Virus record (IMG/VR): IMGVR_UViG_3300042479_000659
DNA from: an uncultured virus (IMG/VR IMGVR_UViG_3300042479_000659)
Taxonomy: Duplodnaviria > Heunggongvirae > Uroviricota > Caudoviricetes
Length of the DNA stretch: 20,000 bases
Strand: one strand, 5' to 3'
In this document: one piece after another, positions 1 to 5,296 of the stretch
Layout: the number at the start of each line of letters is the position of its first letter
Position numbering within the stretch: the first letter of the stretch is position 1
Position numbers and translations under genes: made by a program
The notes under the pieces: model-generated
The model's input: only the letters and a program-made list of their open reading frames with translations
Database searches by the model: none
Told to the model about the DNA's origin: nothing

Positions 1-100
1 CGCATTGCCAGCGGCCTTTGGGTTCGAAGACTACCACCCGTAGCTGTCACACTACTTCTCATCGTCAGGGTCTGACTATCCGGAGACACCCGGAACGTTC
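1..100 (-). ncRNA. Candidate structured non-coding RNA starting right after the tRNA-Tyr CCA (runs off the window edge)
   Basis: Minus strand has consecutive hairpins UCCGGG-UGUC-UCCGGA, GUCAG-ACC-CUGAC and GUAG-UGUGACAG-CUAC; loops UGUC/GACA are complementary; GC-rich, no tRNA cloverleaf. Confidence 0.45.
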
Positions 101-184
101 TGGTGGAGATGATAGGGATCGAACCTATTGTGACTAAGTCGGAGGATTTACAGTCCCCTGCCATACCATTACGGCGGCATCTCC
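101..184 (-). tRNA. tRNA-Tyr(GTA)
   Basis: Acceptor GGAGATG/CATCTCC-A-CCA, anticodon loop CT-GTA-AA, extended variable arm, GGTTCGATCCC T-arm. Confidence 0.95.
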
Positions 185-189
185 ATGTG

Positions 190-264
190 TGGTACTCGAT
201 AGCGGAGTCGAACCGCTCTTGCCTGGATGAAAACCAGATGTCCTAACCGATAGACGAATCGAGC
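190..264 (-). tRNA. tRNA-Glu(TTC)
   Basis: Acceptor GCTCGAT/ATCGAGT-A-CCA, anticodon arm TCTGG-TT-TTC-AT-CCAGG, GGTTCGACTCC T-arm. Confidence 0.95.
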
Positions 265-272
265 AAAAAGAG

Positions 273-337
273 GAGAGCCACGGTTGCAGGACCTAGTGTC
301 TCGTTGCCGAGAGAAGTGTCCAGGCGATGCGGCTCTC
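273..337 (-). ncRNA. Candidate 65-nt structured RNA between tRNA-Asp and tRNA-Glu
   Basis: 9-bp closing stem GAGAGCCGC/GUGGCUCUC, inner CCUGG/CUAGG stem, apical UCUCG-GCAA-CGAGA GNRA hairpin; G-U pairs work only on the minus strand. Confidence 0.55.
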
Positions 338-343
338 AAAACT

Positions 344-418
344 TGGCGGTCTGTGGGGGAATCGAACCCCCGTAAGTGGATAGACAATCCACAGTAATAA
401 CCTCTATACGAACAGACC
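344..418 (-). tRNA. tRNA-Asp(GTC)
   Basis: Acceptor GGTCTGT/ACAGACC-G-CCA, anticodon arm GTGGA-TT-GTC-TA-TCCAC, GGTTCGATTCC T-arm. Confidence 0.93.
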
Positions 419-426
419 AAAATCTA

Positions 427-641
427 CTATTTTAAAACATACTAAAGGAACCATTGTGCATCTATGTCTACCTATAGGACCGTCTCCTATAGACCTGCAC
501 GGTCATTACTGCCTACATGCTCCGCCGCTTTTCTGGACATTTCTGCCCGGTTTCATAGACCTAGCTTGAGCGTGGGCGGCCCCACAGTCCTCGCCTTAGA
601 TCCCTAACGGTGTAGGTAACCTTTAATACGTTTTAAAATAG
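427..641 (-). ncRNA. Candidate ~215-nt multi-helix structured RNA closed by a 22-bp stem
   Basis: Arms 620-641 and 427-448 pair over 22 bp with two G-U pairs (minus strand); internal helices CCUACA/UGUAGG, GUGGG-GCCG-CCCAC, GGGCA-GAAA-UGUCC, GUGCA/UGCAC, CUAUAGGA/UCCUAUAG. Confidence 0.65.
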
Positions 642-671
642 CAACCCTTGCAGGTTACCAAAAACAACAAC

Positions 672-705
672 TTTTTAAAGAACGTCTAGTTAATTTCCTA
701 ACTAG
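672..705 (-). promoter_or_regulatory. boxB-like hairpin followed by boxA-like antitermination signal
   Basis: Minus strand CTAGTTAG-GAAA-TTAACTAG (686-705) then GTTCTTTAAAAA (672-683), resembling rrn boxA TGCTCTTTAACA, directly downstream of the 711-739 promoter. Confidence 0.65.
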
Positions 706-710
706 TCTCT

Positions 711-739
711 AGTATAACACAATGGCTATATCTAGTCAA
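711..739 (-). promoter_or_regulatory. sigma70-type promoter (downstream member of a tandem pair)
   Basis: TTGACT-17 bp-TATACT with TGn extended -10. Confidence 0.8.
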
Positions 740-754
740 TTTGTTTTGCAAAGT

Positions 755-876
755 CCCTACACTGTGTAGGGTTATTTGCAGATCCAGCTAATTTCTTAAC
801 TTGTTTCTATTATAGCAAAACGGCATTAAATGGTCAAGTTAGTACTTTAGTATACCCTACAGCAAGTAGGGTTATT
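755..876. repeat. Two copies of palindrome CCCTAC-N5-GTAGGG-TTATT, 100 bp apart
   Basis: 755-771 and 855-871, lying 15 and 17 bp upstream of the -35 boxes of the two tandem promoters. Confidence 0.8.
809..837 (-). promoter_or_regulatory. sigma70-type promoter (upstream member of a tandem pair)
   Basis: TTGACC-17 bp-TATAAT with TGn extended -10. Confidence 0.85.
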
Positions 877-878
877 AT

Positions 879-952
879 TGGCGTACCTCCAGGGACTCGA
901 ACCCCGACGAACAGTTTTGGAGACTGTGATGCTGCCATTACATTAGAGATAC
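879..952 (-). tRNA. tRNA-Trp(CCA)
   Basis: Acceptor GTATCTC/GAGGTAC-G-CCA, anticodon arm ACAGT-CT-CCA-AA-ACTGT. Confidence 0.93.
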
Positions 953-958
953 ATTATT

Positions 959-1032
959 TGGTAGCCTGTAGAGGTAACGATCCTCTGTCGCTCGATTATC
1001 AGTCGAGTGCTCTACCATTGAGCTAACGGGCT
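959..1032 (-). tRNA. tRNA-Ile(GAT), atypical T-loop
   Basis: Acceptor AGCCCGT/ACAGGCT-A-CCA (one C-A mismatch), anticodon arm CTCGA-CT-GAT-AA-TCGAG, T-arm AGAGG-ATCGTTA-CCTCT. Confidence 0.9.
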
Positions 1033-1039
1033 AAATTTT

Positions 1040-1114
1040 TGGCGGGTCCTGCAGGAATCGAACCCACACCACTTGGTTCGAAGCCAAGCATGATATCCAT
1101 TTCACCAAGGACCC
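1040..1114 (-). tRNA. tRNA-Arg(TCG)
   Basis: Acceptor GGGTCCT/AGGACCC-G-CCA, anticodon arm CTTGG-CT-TCG-AA-CCAAG. Confidence 0.93.
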
Positions 1115-1118
1115 TGAT

Positions 1119-1194
1119 TGGTAGGAACGATTGGACTCGAACCAACCACACCCAGATTTTCAGTCTGGTGCTCTACCTGATGAGCTACGTTCCC
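1119..1194 (-). tRNA. tRNA-Phe(GAA)
   Basis: Acceptor GGGAACG/CGTTCCT-A-CCA, anticodon arm CCAGA-CT-GAA-AA-TCTGG. Confidence 0.95.
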
Positions 1195-1200
1195 ACGACG

Positions 1201-1290
1201 TGGCGGTGTGACTCGGACTCGAACCGAGAACCCGGATTACGCCGAGCGACGGTTTAGCAAACCGCTCCGATACCATTACGGGACCACACC
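1201..1290 (-). tRNA. tRNA-Ser(GCT)
   Basis: Acceptor GGTGTGG/TCACACC-G-CCA, anticodon loop TT-GCT-AA, long variable arm, G73 discriminator. Confidence 0.93.
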
Positions 1291-1890
1291 GTTGATCATT
1301 TTCAAATACTCTTGTTGTAATTCTTCCCAATTTAAAATTATGTCTTTGTACCGATACGGACTTGGTTGATGTACATGACCAACTTGCAATTTGTTGTAGC
1401 GTAAATCTAATTTATCAGCAACAAATTTTGCACCTTTATCTATTAGATCTTCATAATAGATGGTTACAACTTTTTTATAACCGGACAAGATTAAATTACT
1501 TGCCCACATCAAATTATTCACTAACTCAATAAATTCTGCTTTATCAAAAACCAGTGGCTCTACAATCTTGTTGCTGTAATCTTTACCACTCCATTCATCA
1601 ACTAGTAGAGCTACGCACATACTCATCAGTTGGGCAAATATATCTCGTCTGAGACTCAGTATTAATGTCACAGTTGATTTATCTAAATCTCTAATTTCTA
1701 TGAGATTATGAAGATGTATCACTGTGTTTTGATCTTTAATACCCTGCTGATATTTTTCTTTGTTGGCTGGGAGCCATATTGCATATGCGTCAGCTAATCC
1801 CCCTTTAGTGCCTATAGGTCCGGTCAACATTTCTAATATGATGTGACTTCCGGTTCTTCCAGGAGAATAAATTACATATATGTTATTCAT
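1276..1890 (-). CDS. Stf0-like sulfotransferase family protein (204 aa)
   Basis: N-terminal SPGRTGS PAPS-binding-like loop, LRRDIFAQLMS, IYYEDL, C-terminal ILNWEEL; start moved to ATG 1890 because the longer ORF start lies inside tRNA-Ser(TGA). Confidence 0.7.
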   Translation of the reverse strand: MNNIYVIYSPGRTGSHIILEMLTGPIGTKGGLADAYAIWLPANKEKYQQGIKDQNTVIHLHNLIEIRDLDKSTVTLILSLRRDIFAQLMSMCVALLVDEWSGKDYSNKIVEPLVFDKAEFIELVNNLMWASNLILSGYKKVVTIYYEDLIDKGAKFVADKLDLRYNKLQVGHVHQPSPYRYKDIILNWEELQQEYLKMINGVVP

Positions 1891-1915
1891 TGTTGTATTT
1901 AAAGATTGATATTGT

Positions 1916-2007
1916 TGGCGGAAGACGGAGGAGTCGAACCCCATCCCTGTTAAGAGAACCTGGTTTTCAAGGCCAGTCGCAGGACCAACCCCGCTGCATC
2001 ATCTTCC
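1916..2007 (-). tRNA. tRNA-Ser(TGA) with 8/4 (tRNA-Sec-like) cloverleaf
   Basis: 8-bp acceptor GGAAGATG/CGTCTTCC-G-CCA, 4-bp T-stem GGGG/CCTC around TTCGACT, anticodon loop CT-TGA-AA, long variable arm. Confidence 0.85.
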
Positions 2008-2016
2008 TAAAATATG

Positions 2017-2778
2017 TTAAAGATTTTTAAAAACTTTTTTTATAATTGCACTGCGATCCAGTTTGGAACTGGCACCCAATACAATGACTGCGTACTGTTG
2101 TTTGTTGTGTTCTACCAGCATGGCCACACACCATCCAGCAAGATTGGTAAATCCAGTCTTGCTCACGTCTACACGGTCAAACTCTGTCAACAGTGGACGG
2201 GATGTGTGAATGAGATTCACAGAGCTGCCACGAGTTCGATCCGACTTTGTTAACTGTACAGTAGACTGTCCGCTGGCTTCTTGTATAAACCAATAGCTGG
2301 CAGCAATCTGTACCATTTCTACTAGATCCCGTGCAGTGGTCACATTGAACACACCTAGCCCCGAAGGATCTACAAATTTAGTATCTTGAAGATTCCACAT
2401 CCGGGCATGTCGATTCATTTCAGACACAAAGGCAGATCGGCCACCAGGATAGTTCTGTGCAATGGTTTCGGCTGCTCCGTTGTCACTGCTAACCAGCATG
2501 GCCAGCAACAACTGTTCTCTGGTGTATCTGCCAGGCGGCAATCGACTACCAGTGTTTTTTCTCAGCACCAACTGCTGTTGAAGATCTCTGTTGTGATCCA
2601 ATGCAACCATGGCAGTCATCAACTTGGTCACACTGGCCATTGATCTGATTTGATCACTATTTTGGCTCAGTTCCGTGCGCTGTGCATTGATGTTGTAGAC
2701 CAACACAGTGGGCTCACGTGCGTGGGCCGCCGCATTGGATAAGACTGTACAAAAAAACACTGTGGCAAATAGTTTCAT
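2017..2778 (-). CDS. Peptidase S11 D-alanyl-D-alanine carboxy/endopeptidase (PBP7/PbpG-like), secreted
   Basis: Signal peptide ending AHA; SxxK (ASVTK), SxN (SDN) and KTG motifs all intact. Confidence 0.9.
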   Translation of the reverse strand: MKLFATVFFCTVLSNAAAHAREPTVLVYNINAQRTELSQNSDQIRSMASVTKLMTAMVALDHNRDLQQQLVLRKNTGSRLPPGRYTREQLLLAMLVSSDNGAAETIAQNYPGGRSAFVSEMNRHARMWNLQDTKFVDPSGLGVFNVTTARDLVEMVQIAASYWFIQEASGQSTVQLTKSDRTRGSSVNLIHTSRPLLTEFDRVDVSKTGFTNLAGWCVAMLVEHNKQQYAVIVLGASSKLDRSAIIKKVFKNL

Positions 2779-2796
2779 ATCTTTATTTTGTAAAAT

Positions 2797-2871
2797 TGGA
2801 ACACAGGACAGGACTCAAACCTGCATGATACGGATTTGCAATCCGTTGCGTAATCATTCCGCCACCTGTGC
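2797..2871 (-). tRNA. tRNA-Cys(GCA)
   Basis: Acceptor GCACAGG/CCTGTGT-T-CCA (U73, a Cys identity element), anticodon arm ACGGA-TT-GCA-AA-TCCGT. Confidence 0.92.
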
Positions 2872-2902
2872 ATATACGTCAAACACACTGTTTCCAATGT
2901 GT

Positions 2903-2958
2903 GTATTAAAGCACTCTAAAATACTTAGGCTGCCTGTTCTTAAAGAATGCTTTAATAC
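2903..2958 (-). repeat. 15-bp inverted repeat upstream of tRNA-Cys
   Basis: GTATTAAAGCATTCT ... AGAGTGCTTTAATAC, one G-U on the minus strand. Confidence 0.75.
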
Positions 2959-3022
2959 GAACTAATTTTTAGTCCCACAAGAGGGATTCCATCCTAGTCG
3001 CCGCCCGTTTGTGCTTGTTTAT

Positions 3023-3052
3023 AGTGTAGCACAGGACCTCGTTTCCTGTCAA
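3023..3052 (-). promoter_or_regulatory. Possible sigma70 promoter (alternatively part of an RNA hairpin)
   Basis: TTGACA-18 bp-TACACT with TGn; the same bases form hairpin ACAGGA-N7-TCCTGT. Confidence 0.4.
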
Positions 3053-3063
3053 CACTTTAGGAT

Positions 3064-3225
3064 CTATGCTGGAAGTTGATTCTTGACTCGCATGCGAGTT
3101 TCGAGCATCAACCTAGCACGTTCCAACTTTTCCCGAATCAACTTTTCACGTTGTTCCGGTGTCAGCGTGTGCTCTGTTGTGTACTTTACTTCACGCATTC
3201 GTTGTTTTAAATCTAATTTCTTCAT
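3064..3225 (-). CDS. Small basic helical protein, 53 aa (MKKLDLKQRMREVKYTTEHTLTPEQREKLIREKLERARLMLETRMRVKNQLPA); not in the ORF track
   Basis: ATG 3225 preceded by AAAAGGAAAA SD-like sequence, TAG stop at 3064-3066. Confidence 0.65.
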   Translation of the reverse strand: MKKLDLKQRMREVKYTTEHTLTPEQREKLIREKLERARLMLETRMRVKNQLPA

Positions 3226-3237
3226 TTTTCCTTTTCT

Positions 3238-3274
3238 AAAAACAAAAAACCCTAGGGTTTTTAATCCTAGGGTC
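3238..3274 (-). terminator. Rho-independent terminator (attenuator candidate)
   Basis: ACCCTAGG/CCTAGGGT stem (3266-3273 with 3249-3256) followed by TTTTTGTTTTT. Confidence 0.85.
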
Positions 3275-3300
3275 CTTGGAGTTTGTGTGTAAACTTTTAT

Positions 3301-3441
3301 TTACGACATGGTCTCCTGGACCCTGGTACCCTCTGGTGTGCGATCATATGACATGCTATTAATTGCCGACCAAATAGAGGGCGCGAAGCCGGCCTGTTTG
3401 GCTGAACAATTTGACATAGAATGTAATACGTTTGTTTGCAT
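3301..3441 (-). CDS. Putative 46-aa leader peptide (MQTNVLHSMSNCSAKQAGFAPSIWSAINSMSYDRTPEGTRVQETMS)
   Basis: ATG 3441 to TAA 3301, between a consensus promoter and a terminator; its last codons overlap an antiterminator strand; A-rich 5' UTR with no strong SD. Confidence 0.55.
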   Translation of the reverse strand: MQTNVLHSMSNCSAKQAGFAPSIWSAINSMSYDRTPEGTRVQETMS

Positions 3442-3489
3442 TTTTGTTTCTTTAAATTTACATACACCTTTTTATTGGCGCATGTGTGT

Positions 3490-3518
3490 ATTGTATAGGT
3501 TTATTTATACAAGGTCAA
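3490..3518 (-). promoter_or_regulatory. sigma70 promoter with an embedded T4-type late promoter motif
   Basis: TTGACC-17 bp-TACAAT; TATAAATA at 3502-3509 within the spacer. Confidence 0.8.
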
Positions 3519-3576
3519 CCACTTGGTTGCTCAAAATACAAATTTTTTTCAAGATATTTGCCTTAATAAGTACACT

Positions 3577-4671
3577 ATGCAACAGGCATTCAACGGAGTA
3601 CACAGCGGCGAGATTTGGAATCAAAGCCAATGTCTAGTACACGAATACAACATCAATAACACAATATATCAAATACTACGCGATACCGGGTTTAGTGTAA
3701 CTGACAATCCACGGATATGGAAAAAATCAAACCAAACAGTGATCGTCTGCCTGGTTGACGATATACGAAGTTGTAGTACAGACTATCACAGTGACTTGCC
3801 CTACTTGTTTGATGCCAATACCACAGTCATAACCGACAACTATATCACTTGTCCCACACAGTACCGTGTGGTAAGATTGCCCGCTAGTTTCTTGGGAATC
3901 TATCACTATGTGCCCAGCAATTACACATGGCGGCCAGAACGAGATTTTTCTTTTGCAGTAAATCGAATTGACCAACGCAGATTTATGCTGATGTTGGAAA
4001 TCGGACTCAGAGTACATTTGCACAAAGGCCATGTAAATTTCAACTGTTATCGTCCAGGAAATTCCGTAGTGTCAGACCCTGCTCTTATTTCCACAACCCG
4101 GGCATTAGAACATTGGAATGACCATTGGAACCAGACCAGCAACGAAGACAAATCAAAATATCAAAAAAGTTATGAATTGCTAACAGCACAAATGCCTGTG
4201 CGCAATTATGAAATAGAACATGATGAAATTTTTAATCGGTCATATGTTAACATTGTGGCCGAAACCTACAGCAGTGACAACAACATATCACTGAGTGAAA
4301 AAATATTCAGAGCATTAGTAACACCTGCTCCGTGGACCGTGTCGTCGGGTCGATACACAGTGGCCTATTTAACTAGCTTGGGATTTGATACTGTGTCAGA
4401 TCTAATAGACCACAACCATTACGATAGACTAATAGAAGTGCAAGAGAAGCAACGCATATTTGTATGGAAAAGCCTTGAAACTATTAAATCATTGAAGTCT
4501 CAAGATCTAGCTCTGCTACAAGACAGATGTCAACGTGCTGCCACACACAATCAAACTGTATTGGCCGTAATGGCTGCTCGGTGGCCCAATGACTTTGCTC
4601 AGTGGATCAGCATACTTACACAAACGCTAACCAATCCACAGGCGATCGGGCCCATTCAGTATCAAATTTAA
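3577..4671 (+). CDS. Glycosyltransferase-like protein (GT10-like C-terminal motif)
   Basis: SYVNIVAETY...LSEKIFRAL..P..V.....LTSLGFD signature; ATG 3577 follows AATAAGTA. Confidence 0.55.
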   Translation: MQQAFNGVHSGEIWNQSQCLVHEYNINNTIYQILRDTGFSVTDNPRIWKKSNQTVIVCLVDDIRSCSTDYHSDLPYLFDANTTVITDNYITCPTQYRVVRLPASFLGIYHYVPSNYTWRPERDFSFAVNRIDQRRFMLMLEIGLRVHLHKGHVNFNCYRPGNSVVSDPALISTTRALEHWNDHWNQTSNEDKSKYQKSYELLTAQMPVRNYEIEHDEIFNRSYVNIVAETYSSDNNISLSEKIFRALVTPAPWTVSSGRYTVAYLTSLGFDTVSDLIDHNHYDRLIEVQEKQRIFVWKSLETIKSLKSQDLALLQDRCQRAATHNQTVLAVMAARWPNDFAQWISILTQTLTNPQAIGPIQYQI

Positions 4672-5269
4672 AATTCTTAACTTGTGCGTCAAGATAATTT
4701 TGCATCATTGTCAGTCTGAGATCACTACTGTGCAGATGGTGGCCGGTGCTTTGATCGCCAATTTCTAACCACTCAAGTCCGTAGTCAGCACCAAACTGTG
4801 TGGCAGTAACTAATATTGTTGTGTTGTTGGCATCAAATTGGGTCAGTCTTATCAAGTCTTGATCGTTGTTAATTTGCTGCCAAGTGTTGTATTGTACAGC
4901 GTTCGATGCTGTGCATGTTATAACAACACTGACTGTGGATATTTTGGGATTTAGTTGCAGTGTCATCAGTCGTGTGTCGCCACAATCAACTACGTACTGT
5001 TCATGTTGTTGGTGTATCAACAAGGGCTTTCGTATGGGCTCTTTGTGTAAATTTTGATAAAAATAGTTGACCCGCAGTAATTTTGCAATTTCGTTTTGCA
5101 GTCCCGCCGGCCAAGACAACAAATCAGTGCCATACAAATCTAATGCTTGATTTACCACAGAACAAGATCCTTCGAGTGTCTGTACCGGAGTTAGTTGTGC
5201 AATGGGAAATGCTGGATGATAAAACATACAGTATGTTGATCCAAGTGCTGTTTTTATTATATCTGTCAT
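4616..5269 (-). CDS. Hypothetical protein, possible ParB/sulfiredoxin-like domain (217 aa)
   Basis: IRKPLLI...YVVDCGDTRL resembles the ParB-N P-hhh...hhDGxxR pattern; start reassigned to ATG 5269. Confidence 0.45.
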   Translation of the reverse strand: MTDIIKTALGSTYCMFYHPAFPIAQLTPVQTLEGSCSVVNQALDLYGTDLLSWPAGLQNEIAKLLRVNYFYQNLHKEPIRKPLLIHQQHEQYVVDCGDTRLMTLQLNPKISTVSVVITCTASNAVQYNTWQQINNDQDLIRLTQFDANNTTILVTATQFGADYGLEWLEIGDQSTGHHLHSSDLRLTMMQNYLDAQVKNFKFDTEWARSPVDWLAFV

Positions 5270-5274
5270 GTTAA

Positions 5275-5290
5275 TATTTACTTGTAAATA
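5275..5290. promoter_or_regulatory. Back-to-back GTAAATA late-promoter-like motifs
   Basis: Palindrome TATTTAC-TT-GTAAATA in the 27-bp gap between divergent ATGs. Confidence 0.5.
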
Positions 5291-5296
5291 CAGGCC

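Noticed and set aside
265..343. HDV-like theta ribozyme downstream of a tRNA
   Set aside because: Ends pair into a simple rod; I could not build the nested P1/P1.1/P2/P3 double pseudoknot
169..420. 83-aa ORF from the track
   Set aside because: Runs through tRNA-Asp and tRNA-Glu and into tRNA-Tyr; no protein features
1039..1257. 72-aa plus-strand ORF
   Set aside because: Antisense to tRNA-Arg, Phe and Ser
1916..2007. tRNA-Sec or opal suppressor
   Set aside because: Anticodon is TGA (Ser), not TCA, and the T-stem is 4 bp rather than 5
3083..3637. Plus-strand ORFs 3083..3292 and 3308..3637
   Set aside because: Antisense to a coherent minus-strand promoter/leader/terminator/ORF unit; non-ATG or unsupported starts
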